NCBI GenBank assembly: GCA_964036045.1
Contig: OZ038378.1
Coordinates: 1,364,001 to 1,428,000, forward strand
Direction of reading: 5' to 3'
DNA from: Eutreptiella sp. 'Long Island Sound 2002'
Taxonomy: Eukaryota; Protista; Euglenida
Length of the DNA: 64,000 nt
The notes under the pieces are model-generated. The model searched no databases. It was not told the origin of the DNA and saw only the letters and a list, made by a program, of their open reading frames with translations. The translations under genes were made by a program, and so were the position numbers. Below are positions 12,223 to 25,541 of this stretch, one piece after another. Within the stretch, counting starts at the first letter, position 1; each line of letters opens with the position of its first letter.

Positions 12223-12526
12223 TCATTTGGAGTAGTCTGTTTGGCCGGGCCCGGAGTTGTGGATGCCTTTGCCATTATGGAGGGTTGTTGTTGCCCGCCG
12301 CGGATTGGTTCATCGGTGTTCAATGAAGGCACCACCGCAATACTGCTTCCAGCATGTTGTTACCCCGACGTGGCCTTCTCGCTTTATAAGAATACACAAA
12401 GTCACACACATACACAAATACACAAACCCTTTTCGGCAGGCGATGTGTGCAAAAAAGGCGGCATACTCTTCGCGTGAACCCCACACTACCGGCGGTCGAA
12501 AGGGCGAACTATCGGTTATCCAAAGA

Positions 12527-15500
12527 CGAAGACGGTACGAAAACCCTACGAAAGGGTAACCTTTCGCACAAAAGGGTTTACGGAAGGGGGACGAAAGGGG
12601 ATCCAATGGACCCTTTCGTAGTGCTTTCGTAGTCCTCTCGAACAAGCACCACGATTAATGGGCTCTTCAAGGTCACTCAAGTCTTCTTGTTCCTCAACCC
12701 CATCCCGCTCCTCCAGTTCAGCCCCCAAAGGTCCGACGTGATGTGGCCCTGTTTGATTGCTATGTGCTTCGAAAGCCTTTGAGATGGCAAAGGCTATGAA
12801 GCCATTTTCAATTGCGCCCCCATTTTGGGTACCCCCAATCCAGCGAGGGTAGGATGTTTTGGCGCCAAGTATCGAGTATGCAGGAAGACATATTGATGAA
12901 TGAGCGTGTTTCATGGGGTCGAAAGTGTTGCACGAGTGTAATATGTTGTTTGCCACCTCCCTTGAAGATACTTGACAGCATGCGGCCGACTCGTTCCGCT
13001 GCTGGTGCAACACACTGAATTGATTTTGTACCAATAACAGTGGGTGCAAGGCCTCGGCACCACAAATGACGATGCTCTAATTGGTTGTTGTAGTAGCATC
13101 ATCCCCACCCCTCCCGATGCAACGGGCACTTGCAGGATATCATCCAAAGCATGTGCGAACTTTGTGTCGAATCCACTACGGACATGCGCACGCGGGATAT
13201 TTTGTACAAGGCCAACACCACGGCCAGTAGCGACAAAAGATTCTAGTAGCGGCTGTTCAACTTAGCGAATACCGCATGACATGGTTGTGGTAGCGCACAC
13301 CCTTCTTTTGATGGGCATCTAGGTCTGCCAAGTGGGTCAGTTTCCTCGTTCTACAACTCTTCACGAATCCCCTCACTTTGGCAACCATGGTGTGGTAAGA
13401 AATAAACAAACCATGGTGCGTGGATCACGAAAGCCCACCCCGAAGACGGTCCGAAAACCCAATGAAAGGGTAACCTTTCGTACAAAAGGGTTTACGGAAG
13501 GGGGACGAAAGGGGATCCAATGGACCCTTTCGTAGTGCTTTCGTAGTCCTCTCGAACAAGCACCACGATTAATGGGCTCTTCAAGGTCACTCAAGTCTTC
13601 TTGTTCCTCAACCCCATCCCGCTCCTCCAGTTCAGCCCCCAAAGGTCCGACGTGATGTGGCCCTGTTTGATTGCTATGTGCTTCGAAAGCCTTTGAGATG
13701 GCAAAGGCTATGAAGCCATTTTCAATTGCGCCCCCATTTGGGGTACCCCCAATCCAGCGAGGGTAGGATGTTTTGGCGCCAAGTATCGAGTATGCAGGAA
13801 GACATATTGATGAATGAGCGTGTTTCATGGGGTCGAAAGTGTTGCACGAGTGTAATATGTTGTTTGCCACCTCCCTTGAAGATACTTGACAGCATGCGCC
13901 CGACTCGTTCCGCTGCTGGTGCAACACACTGAATTGATTTTGTATCAATAACAGTGGGTGCAAGGCCTCGGCACCACAAATGACGATGCTCTAATTGGTT
14001 GTTGTAGTAGCATCATCCCCACCCCTACCGATGCAACGGGCACTTGCAGGATATCATCCAACGCATGTGCGAACTTTGTGTCGAATCCACTACGGACATG
14101 CGCACGCGGGATATTTTGTACAAGGCCAACACCACGGCCAGTAGCGACAAAAGATTCTAGTAGCGGCTTTTCAACTTAGCGAACACCGCATGACATGGTT
14201 GTGGTAGCGCACACCCTTCTTTTGATGGGCATCTAGGTCTGCCAAGTGGGTCAGTTTCCTCGTTCTACAACTCTTCACGAATCCCCTCACTTTGGCAACC
14301 ATGGTGTGGTAAGAAATAAACAAACCATGGTGCGTGGATCACGAAAGCCCACCCCGAAGACGGTCCGAAAACCCAATGAAAGGGTAACCTTTCGTAGAAA
14401 AGGGTTTACGGAAGGGGTACGAAAGGGTATCCACTTGACCATTTCGTAGTTCCTTCGTAGTCCTTTCGGATAGGCACCACGACGAACGGGCTCTTCAAGG
14501 TCACTCAAGTCTTCTTGTTCCAAAGGGCCGACGTGATGTGGCCATGTTTGATTGCTCCGTGCTTCGAGAGCCTCTGAGATGGCAAATGCCATGAAGCCAT
14601 TTTCAATTGCCCCTCGATTTCGGGTACCCCCAATCGAGCGAGGGTAATGTAGCCATTTTGTGTACCGATGTGGAACTCTAAGATAGCAAGGGTTATGTGG
14701 GCACATTCGCTTTTGCCTATAGTACGTTGACCCCCAAAAGGTCATGGGTAATTCAGCCAATTGCCCAGAAGAAGACGGCCAAAAACACGAGCGTTGTGTC
14801 GGGCTTTCTGAGTTTGTTGCGGATTCCGGGATCCCCAGGATAGCAAGGGGTGGGTAGCCACGTTGTCCACATCCGCCTTCCCAAGACGGAAAGGGTTGTG
14901 TCACTTTTGTTGTGTCCTGAGTTTGGGGGCCCCCGAAGACCGCAAGGGCGACGGAGCCCATTACTGCTGGTACTGTCGTGCAAGAGCCTTCAAGGAGAAA
15001 GGGGTTATGCAGCCGCTTTTCGATTCGATCCCAACGTCCGGTACCCACCAGATGGAAGGGTTTGTGTAGGCATTTTGCCCACATGTGGACCCAGGCAGAC
15101 GGCAAGGGTTTTGTGGCAAATTTAGATCTTTTCCACACTTCGGGGACCCGCAAGACGGAAGATGTTATCGAATCATGTTTTTCCACTTGGGAGCCTCATG
15201 CTGATCGGATTTGCAATGTTGTTCCCAACGCCCCTACTCATGTGTTGCATGTTCCACAACACCGCTTTTCGTGACATGAGCATAGGCTGTATGTCCTGAC
15301 TTAACGATTGTATGACATTGGGATGGTTAGTTCTTGATTTGCCGTTGAATCGGATCGGAGGGGGGGAGTTTTGGGTGAAGGCAGAATGCTCTCCAAGCCA
15401 CTGCTTACTCAATAAGGCTTGTCATTACCAAGTTTGGGAGTACAAAGACAGGGCCGCAGGGCTGCATTTGCCATGAAAGGCACACCAGGTTTGGCACTAT

Positions 15501-18500
15501 AAAAGTAAGGGCCGAGCATGCGGAATCATTGACCCCCAAAGGGTCAAGTACCACCTATAATGTTAGAAGAACACACACATTGTAGCATTTGACACTGTAA
15601 GAAGCCATGTGTTCATGAAATCAAGTAATATTTTTGTTGATTATGTCAAGCGGCATCGCACAACGGCAAGGTTTAGACCAACACCACGGCCAGTAGCGAC
15701 AAAAGATTCTAGTAGCGGCTGTTCAACTTAGCGAATACCGCATGACATGGTTGTGGTAGCGCACACCCTTCTTTTGATGGGCATCTAGGTCCGCCAAGTG
15801 GGTCAGTTTCCTCGTTCTACAACTCTTCACGAATCCCCTCACTTTGGCAACCATGGTGTGGTAAGAAATAAACAAACCATGGTGCGTGGATCACGAAAGC
15901 CCACCCCGAAGACGGTCCGAAAACCCAATGAAAGGGTAACCTTTCGTACAAAAGGGTTTACGGAAGGGGGACGAAAGGGGATCCAATGGACCCTTTCGTA
16001 GTGCTTTCGTAGTCCTCTCGAACAAGCACCACGATTAATGGGCTCTTCAAGGTCACTCAAGTCTTCTTGTTCCTCAACCCCATCCCGCTCCTCCAGTTCA
16101 GCCCCCAAAGGTCCGACGTGATGTGGCCCTGTTTGATTGCTATGTGCTTCGAAAGCCTTTGAGATGGCAAAGGCTATGAAGCCATTTTCAATTGCGCCCC
16201 CATTTGGGGTACCCCCAATCCAGCGAGGGTAGGATGTTTTGGCGCCAAGTATCGAGTATGCAGGAAGACATATTGATGAATGAGCGTGTTTCATGGGGTC
16301 GAAAGTGTTGCACGAGTGTAATATGTTGTTTGCCACCTCCCTTGAAGATACTTGACAGCATGCGCCCGACTCGTTCCGCTGCTGGTGCAACACACTGAAT
16401 TGATTTTGTATCAATAACAGTGGGTGCAAGGCCTCGGCACCACAAATGACGATGCTCTAATTGGTTGTTGTAGTAGCATCATCCCCACCCCTACCGATGC
16501 AGCGGGCACTTGCAGGATATCATCCAACGCATGTGCGAACTTTGTGTCGAATCCACTACGGACATGCGCACGCGGGATATTTTGTACAAGGCCAACACCA
16601 CGGCCAGTAGCGACAAAAGATTCTAGTAGCGGCTTTTCAACTTAGCGAATACCGCATGACATGGTTGTGGTAGCGCACACCCTTCTTTTGATGGGCATCT
16701 AGGTCTGCCAAGTGGGTCAGTTTCCTCGTTCTACAACTCTTCACGAATCCCCTCACTTTGGCAACCATGGTGTGGTAAGAAATAAACAAACCATGGTGCG
16801 TGGATCACGAAAGCCCACCCCGAAGACGGTCCGAAAACCCAATGAAAGGGTAACCTTTCGTACAAAAGGGTTTACGGAAGGGGTACGAAAGGGTATCCAC
16901 TTGACCATTTCGTAGTTCCTTCGTAGTCCTTTCGGATAGGCACCACGACAAACGGGCTCTTCAAGGTCACTCAAGTCTTCTTGTTCCAAAGGGCCGACGT
17001 GATGTGGCCATGTTTGATTGCTCCGTGCTTCGAGAGCCTCTGAGATGGCAAATGCCATGAAGCCATTTTCAATTGCCCCTCGATTTCGGGTACCCCCAAT
17101 CGAGCGAGGGTAATGTAGCCATTTTGTGTACCGATGTGGAACTCTAAGATAGCAAGGGTTATGTGGGCACATTCGCTTTTGCCTATAGTACGTTGACCCC
17201 CAAAAGGTCATGGGTAATTCAGCCAATTGCCCAGAAATAGACGTCCAAAAACACGAGCGTTGTGTCGGGCTTTCTGAGTTTGTTGCGGATTCCGGGATCC
17301 CCAGGATAGCAAGGGGTGGGTAGCCACGTTGTCCACATCCGCCTTCCCAAGACGGAAAGGGTTGTGTCACTTTTGTTGTGTCCTGAGTTTGGGGGCCCCC
17401 GAAGACCGCAAGGGCGACGGAGCCCATTACTGCTGGTACTGTCGTGCAAGAGCCTTCAAGGAGAAAGGGGTTATGCAGCCGCTTTTCGATTCGATCCCAA
17501 CGTCCGGTACCCACCAGATGGAAGGGTTTGTGTAGGCATTTTGCCCACATGTGGACCCAGGCAGACGGCAAGGGTTTTGTGGCAAATTTAGATCTTTTCC
17601 ACACTTCGGGGACCCGCAAGACGGAAGATGTTATCGAATCATGTTTTTCCACTTGGGAGCCTCATGCTGATCGGATTTGCAATGTTGTTCCCAACGCCCC
17701 TACTCATGTGTTGCATGTTCCACAACACCGCTTTTCGTGACATGAGCATAGGCTGTATGTCCTGACTTAACGATTGTATGACATTGGGATGGTTAGTTCT
17801 TGATTTGCCGTTGAATCGGATCGGAGGGGGGGAGTTTTGGGTGAAGGCAGAATGCTCTCCAAGGCACTGCTTACTCAATAAGGCTTGTCATTACCAAGTT
17901 TGGGAGTACAAAGACAGGGCCGCAGGGCTGCATTTGCCATGAAAGGCACACCAGGTTTGGCACTATAAAAGTAAGGGCCGAGCATGCGGAATCATTGACC
18001 CCCAAAGGGTCAAGTACCACCTATAATGTTAGAAGAACACACACATTGTAGCATTTGACGCCGTAAGAAGCCATGTGTTCATGAAATCAAGTAATATTTT
18101 TGTTGATTATGTCAAGCGGCATCACACAACGGCAAGGTTTAGACCAACACCACGGCCAGTAGCGACAAAAGATTCTAGTAGCGGCTGTTCAACTTAGCGA
18201 ATACCGCATGACATGGTTGTGGTAGCGCACACCCTTCTTTTGATGGGCATCTAGGTCTGCCAAGTGGGTCAGTTTCCTCGTTCTACAACTCTTCACGAAT
18301 CCCCTCACTTTGGCAACCATGGTGTGGTAAGAAATAAACAAACCATGGTGCGTGGATCACGAAAGCCCACCCCGAAGACGGTCCGAAAACCCAATGAAAG
18401 GGTAACCTTTCGTACAAAAGGGTTTACGGAAGGGGGACGAAAGGGGATCCAATGGACCCTTTCGTAGTGCTTTCGTAGTCCTCTCGAACAAGCACCACGA

Positions 18501-21500
18501 TTAATGGGCTCTTCAAGGTCACTCAAGTCTTCTTGTTCCTCAACCCCATCCCGCTCCTCCAGTTCAGCCCCCAAAGGTCCGACGTGATGTGGCCCTGTTT
18601 GATTGCTATGTGCTTCGAAAGCCTTTGAGATGGCAAAGGCTATGAAGCCATTTTCAATTGCGCCCCCATTTGGGGTACCCCCAATCCAGCGAGGGTAGGA
18701 TGTTTTGGCGCCAAGTATCGAGTATGCAGGAAGACATATTGATGAATGAGCGTGTTTCATGGGGTCGAAAGTGTTGCACGAGTGTAATATGTTGTTTGCC
18801 ACCTCCCTTGAAGATACTTGACAGCATGCGCCCGACTCGTTCCGCTGCTGGTGCAACACACTGAATTGATTTTGTATCAATAACAGTGGGTGCAAGGCCT
18901 CGGCACCACAAATGACGATGCTCTAATTGGTTGTTGTAGTAGCATCATCCCCACCCCTACCGATGCAACGGGCACTTGCAGGATATCATCCAACGCATGT
19001 GCGAACTTTGTGTCGAATCCACTACGGACATGCGCACGCGGGATATTTTGTACAAGGCCAACACCACGGCCAGTAGCGACAAAAGATTCTAGTAGCGGCT
19101 TTTCAACTTAGCGAATACCGCATGACATGGTTGTGGTAGCGCACACCCTTCTTTTGATGGGCATCTAGGTCTGCCAAGTGGGTCAGTTTCCTCGTTCTAC
19201 AACTCTTCACGAATCCCCTCACTTTGGCAACCATGGTGTGGTAAGAAATAAACAAACCATGGTGCGTGGATCACGAAAGCCCACCCCGAAGACGGTCCGA
19301 AAACCCAATGAAAGGGTAACCTTTCGTACAAAAGCATTTACGGAAGGGGTACGAAAGGGTATCCACTTGACCATTTCGTAGTTCCTTCGTAGTCCTTTCG
19401 GATAGGCACCACGACGAACGGGCTCTTCAAGGTCACTCAAGTCTTCTTGTTCCAAAGGGCCGACGTGATGTGGCCATGTTTGATTGCTCCGTGCTTCGAG
19501 AGCCTCTGAGATGGCAAATGCCATGAAGCCATTTTCAATTGCCCCTCGATTTCGGGTACCCCCAATCGAGCGAGGGTAATGTAGCCATTTTGTGTACCGA
19601 TGTGGAACTCTAAGATAGCAAGGGTTATGTGGGCACATTCGCTTTTGCCTATAGTACGTTGACCCCCAAAAGGTCATGGGTAATTCAGCCAATTGCCCAG
19701 AAGAAGACGGCCAAAAACACGAGCGTTGTGTCGGGCTTTCTGAGTTTGTTGCGGATTCCGGGATCCCCAGGATAGCAAGGGGTGGGTAGCCACGTTGTCC
19801 ACATCCGCCTTCCCAAGACGGAAAGGGTTGTGTCACTTTTGTTGTGTCCTGAGTTTGGGGGCCCCCGAAGACCGCAAGGGCGACGGAGCCCATTACTGCT
19901 GGTACTGTCGTGCAAGAGCCTTCAAGGAGAAAGGGGTTATGCAGCCGCTTTTCGATTCGATCCCAACGTCCGGTACCCACCAGATGGAAGGGTTTGTGTA
20001 GGCATTTTGCCCACATGTGGACCCAGGCAGACGGCAAGGGTTTTGTGGCAAATTTAGATCTTTTCCACACTTCGGGGACCCGCAAGACGGAAGATGTTAT
20101 CGAATCATGTTTTTCCACTTGGGAGCCTCATGCTGATCGGATTTGCAATGTTGTTCCCAACGCCCCTACTCATGTGTTGCATGTTCCACAACACCGCTTT
20201 TCGTGACATGAGCATAGGCTGTATGTCCTGACTTAACGATTGTATGACATTGGGATGGTTAGTTCTTGATTTGCCGTTGAATCGGATCGGAGGGGGGGAG
20301 TTTTGGGTGAAGGCAGAATGCTCTCCAAGGCACTGCTTACTCAATAAGGCTTGTCATTACCAAGTTTGGGAGTACAAAGACAGGGCCGCAGGGCTGCATT
20401 TGCCATGAAAGGCACACCAGGTTTGGCACTATAAAAGTAAGGGCCGAGCATGCGGAATCATTGACCCCCAAAGGGTCAAGTACCACCTATAATGTTAGAA
20501 GAACACACACATTGTAGCATTTGACGCTGTAAGAAGCCATGTGTTCATGAAATCAAGTAATATTTTTGTTGATTATGTCAAGCGGCATCACACAACGGCA
20601 AGGTTTAGACCAACACCACGGCCAGTAGCGACAAAAGATTCTAGTAGCGGCTGTTCAACTTAGCGAATACCGCATGACATGGTTGTGGTAGCGCACACCC
20701 TTCTTTTGATGGGCATCTAGGTCTGCCAAGTGGGTCAGTTTCCTCGTTCTACAACTCTTCACGAATCCCCTCACTTTGGCAACCATGGTGTGGTAAGAAA
20801 TAAACAAACCATGGTGCGTGGATCACGAAAGCCCACCCCGAAGACGGTCCGAAAACCCAATGAAAGGGTAACCTTTCGTACAAAAGGGTTTACGGAAGGG
20901 GGACGAAAGGGGATCCAATGGACCCTTTCGTAGTGCTTTCGTAGTCCTCTCGAACAAGCACCACGATTAATGGGCTCTTCAAGGTCACTCAAGTCTTCTT
21001 GTTCCTCAACCCCATCCCGCTCCTCCAGTTCAGCCCCCAAAGGTCCGACGTGATGTGGCCCTGTTTGATTGCTATGTGCTTCGAAAGCCTTTGAGATGGC
21101 AAAGGCTATGAAGCCATTTTCAATTGCGCCCCCATTTGGGGTACCCCCAATCCAGCGAGGGTAGGATGTTTTGGCGCCAAGTATCGAGTATGCAGGAAGA
21201 CATATTGATGAATGAGCGTGTTTCATGGGGTCGAAAGTGTTGCACGAGTGTAATATGTTGTTTGCCACCTCCCTTGAAGATACTTGACAGCATGCGCCCG
21301 ACTCGTTCCGCTGCTGGTGCAACACACTGAATTGATTTTGTATCAATAACAGTGGGTGCAAGGCCTCGGCACCACAAATGACGATGCTCTAATTGGTTGT
21401 TGTAGTAGCATCATCCCCACCCCTACCGATGCAACGGGCACTTGCAGGATATCATCCAACGCATGTGCGAACTTTGTGTCGAATCCACTACGGACATGCG

Positions 21501-24500
21501 CACGCGGGATATTTTGTACAAGGCCAACACCACGGCCAGTAGCGACAAAAGATTCTAGTAGCGGCTTTTCAACTTAGCGAATACCGCATGACATGGTTGT
21601 GGTAGCGCACACCCTTCTTTTGATGGGCATCTAGGTCTGCCAAGTGGGTCAGTTTCCTCGTTCTACAACTCTTCACGAATCCCCTCACTTTGGCAACCAT
21701 GGTGTGGTAAGAAATAAACAAACCATGGTGCGTGGATCACGAAAGCCCACCCCGAAGACGGTCCGAAAACCCAATGAAAGGGTAACCTTTCGTACAAAAG
21801 GGTTTACGGAAGGGGTACGAAAGGGTATCCACTTGACCATTTCGTAGTTCCTTCGTAGTCCTTTCGGATAGGCACCACGACGAACGGGCTCTTCAAGGTC
21901 ACTCAAGTCTTCTTGTTCCAAAGGGCCGACGTGATGTGGCCATGTTTGATTGCTCCGTGCTTCGAGAGCCTCTGAGATGGCAAATGCCATGAAGCCATTT
22001 TTAATTGCCCCTCGATTTCGGGTACCCCCAATCGAGCGAGGGTAATGTAGCCATTTTGTGTACCGATGTGGAACTCTAAGATAGCAAGGGTTATGTGGGC
22101 ACATTCGCTTTTGCCTATAGTACGTTGACCCCCAAAAGGTCATGGGTAATTCAGCCAATTGCCCAGAAGAAGACGGCCAAAAACACGAGCGTTGTGTCGG
22201 GCTTTCTGAGTTTGTTGCGGATTCCGGGATCCCCAGGATAGCAAGGGGTGGGTAGCCACGTTGTCCACATCCGCCTTCCCAAGACGGAAAGGGTTGTGTC
22301 ACTTTTGTTGTGTCCTGAGTTTGGGGGCCCCCGAAGACCGCAAGGGCGACGGAGCCCATTACTGCTGGTACTGTCGTGCAAGAGCCTTCAAGGAGAAAGG
22401 GGTTATGCAGCCGCTTTTCGATTCGATCCCAACGTCCGGTACCCACCAGATGGAAGGGTTTGTGTAGGCATTTTGCCCACATGTGGACCCAGGCAGACGG
22501 CAAGGGTTTTGTGGCAAATTTAGATCTTTTCCACACTTCGGGGACCCGCAAGACGGAAGATGTTATCGAATCATGTTTTTCCACTTGGGAGCCTCATGCT
22601 GATCGGATTTGCAATGTTGTTCCCAACGCCCCTACTCATGTGTTGCATGTTCCACAACACCGCTTTTCGTGACATGAGCATAGGCTGTATGTCCTGACTT
22701 AACGATTGTATGACATTGGGATGGTTAGTTCTTGATTTGCCGTTGAATCGGATCGGAGGGGGGGAGTTTTGGGTGAAGGCAGAATGCTCTCCAAGGCACT
22801 GCTTACTCAATAAGGCTTGTCATTACCAAGTTTGGGAGTACAAAGACAGGGCCGCAGGGCTGCATTTGCCATGAAAGGCACACCAGGTTTGGCACTATAA
22901 AAGTAAGGGCCGAGCATGCGGAATCATTGACCCCCAAAGGGTCAAGTACCACCTATAATGTTAGAAGAACACACACATTGTAGCATTTGACGCTGTAAGA
23001 AGCCATGTGTTCATGAAATCAAATAATATTTTTGTTGATTATGTCAAGCGGCATCACACAACGGCAAGGTTTAGACCAACACCACGGCCAGTAGCGACAA
23101 AAGATTCTAGTAGCGGCTTTTCAACTTAGCGAATACCGCATGACATGGTTGTGGTAGCGCACACCCTTCTTTTGATGGGCATCTAGGTCTGCCAAGTGGG
23201 TCAGTTTCCTCGTTCTACAACTCTTCACGAATCCCCTCACTTTGGCAACCATGGTGTGGTAAGAAATAAACAAACCATGGTGCGTGGATCACGAAAGCCC
23301 ACCCCGAAGACGGTCCGAAAACCCAATGAAAGGGTAACCTTTCGTACAAAAGGGTTTACGGAAGGGGGACGAAAGGGGATCCAATGGACCCTTTCGTAGT
23401 GCTTTCGTAGTCCTCTCGAACAAGCACCACGATTAATGGGCTCTTCAAGGTCACTCAAGTCTTCTTGTTCCTCAACCCCATCCCGCTCCTCCAGTTCAGC
23501 CCCCAAAGGTCCGACGTGATGTGGCCCTGTTTGATTGCTATGTGCTTCGAAAGCCTTTGAGATGGCAAAGGCTATGAAGCCATTTTCAATTGCGCCCCCA
23601 TTTGGGGTACCCCCAATCCAGCGAGGGTAGGATGTTTTGGCGCCAAGTATCGAGTATGCAGGAAGACATATTGATGAATGAGCGTGTTTCATGGGGTCGA
23701 AAGTGTTGCACGAGTGTAATATGTTGTTTGCCACCTCCCTTGAAGATACTTGACAGCATGCGCCCGACTCGTTCCGCTGCTGGTGCAACACACTGAATTG
23801 ATTTTGTATCAATAACAGTGGGTGCAAGGCCTCGGCACCACAAATGACGATGCTCTAATTGGTTGTTGTAGTAGCATCATCCCCACCCCTACCGATGCAA
23901 CGGGCACTTGCAGGATATCATCCAACGCATGTGCGAACTTTGTGTCGAATCCACTACGGACATGCGCACGCGGGATATTTTGTACAAGGCCAACACCACG
24001 GCCAGTAGCGACAAAAGATTCTAGTAGCGGCTTTTCAACTTAGCGAATACCGCATGACATGGTTGTGGTAGCGCACACCCTTCTTTTGATGGGCATCTAG
24101 GTCTGCCAAGTGGGTCAGTTTCCTCGTTCTACAACTCTTCACGAATCCCCTCACTTTGGCAACCATGGTGTGGTAAGAAATAAACAAACCATGGTGCGTG
24201 GATCACGAAAGCCCACCCCGAAGACGGTCCGAAAACCCAATGAAAGGGTAACCTTTCGTACAAAAGGGTTTACGGAAGGGGTACGAAAGGGTATCCACTT
24301 GACCATTTCGTAGTTCTTTCGTAGTCCTTTCGGATAGGCACCACGACGAACGGGCTCTTCAAGGTCACTCAAGTCTTCTTGTTCCAAAGGGCCGACGTGA
24401 TGTGGCCATGTTTGATTGCTCCGTGCTTCGAGAGCCTCTGAGATGGCAAATGCCATGAAGCCATTTTCAATTGCCCCTCGATTTCGGGTACCCCCAATCG

Positions 24501-25541
24501 AGCGAGGGTAATGTAGCCATTTTGTGTACCGATGTGGAACTCTAAGATAGCAAGGGTTATGTGGGCACATTCGCTTTTGCCTATAGTACGTTGACCCCCA
24601 AAAGGTCATGGGTAATTCAGCCAATTGCCCAGAAGAAGACGTCCAAAAACACGAGCGTTGTGTCGGGCTTTCTGAGTTTGTTGCGGATTCCGGGATCCCC
24701 AGGATAGCAAGGGGTGGGTAGCCACGTTGTCCACATCCGCCTTCCCAAGACGGAAAGGGTTGTGTCACTTTTGTTGTGTCCTGAGTTTGGGGGCCCCCGA
24801 AGACCGCAAGGGCGACGGAGCCCATTACTGCTGGTACTGTCGTGCAAGAGCCTTCAAGGAGAAAGGGGTTATGCAGCCGCTTTTCGATTCGATCCCAACG
24901 TCCGGTACCCACCAGATGGAAGGGTTTGTGTAGGCATTTTGCCCACATGTGGACCCAGGCAGACGGCAAGGGTTTTGTGGCAAATTTAGATCTTTTCCAC
25001 ACTTCGGGGACCCGCAAGACGGAAGATGTTATCGAATCATGTTTTTCCACTTGGGAGCCTCATGCTGATCGGATTTGCAATGTTGTTCCCAACGCCCCTA
25101 CTCATGTGTTGCATGTTCCACAACACCGCTTTTCGTGACATGAGCATAGGCTGTATGTCCTGACTTAACGATTGTATGACATTCGGATGGTTAGTTCTTG
25201 ATTTGCCGTTGAATCGGATCGGAGGGGGGGAGTTTTGGGTGAAGGCAGAATGCTCCCCAAGGCACTGCTTACTCAATAAGGCTTGTCATTACCAAGTTTG
25301 GGAGTACAAAGACAGGGCCGCAGGGCTGCATTTGCCATGAAAGGCACACCAGGTTTGGCACTATAAAAGTAAGGGCCGAGCATGCGGAATCATTGACCCC
25401 CAAAGGGTCAAGTACCACCTATAATGTTAGAAGAACACACACATTGTAGCATTTGACGCTGTAAGAAGCCATGTGTTCATGAAATCAAGTAATATTTTTG
25501 TTGATTATGTCAAGCGGCATCACACAACGGCAAGGTTTAGA
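12527..25541. repeat. Higher-order tandem array: partial A + 5 x 2466-bp unit (module A 914 bp + module B 1552 bp)
   Basis: Marker ccaacaccacggccagtagcgac occurs at 13212, 14126, 15678, 16592, 18144, 19058, 20610, 21524, 23076 and 23990. Copies differ by only scattered SNPs, and A and B share their first ~0.5 kb. Confidence 0.97.

Larger units (their letters stand above)
8170..12526 (-). mobile_element. Near-full-length endogenous toti/giardiavirus-like genome (5' leader, ORF1, RdRp truncated near its C-terminus)
   Basis: Continuous non-host sequence between two junctions with the host repeat (8169/8170 and 12526/12527). It carries ORF1 followed by RdRp fragments in colinear order. Confidence 0.88.

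Noticed and set aside
13373-25050. Repeated 196-aa and 299-aa ORFs in the 2466-bp array
   Set aside because: No recognisable domain. The frames are not preserved in the diverged monomers at 26560-27415 and 30060-31650.
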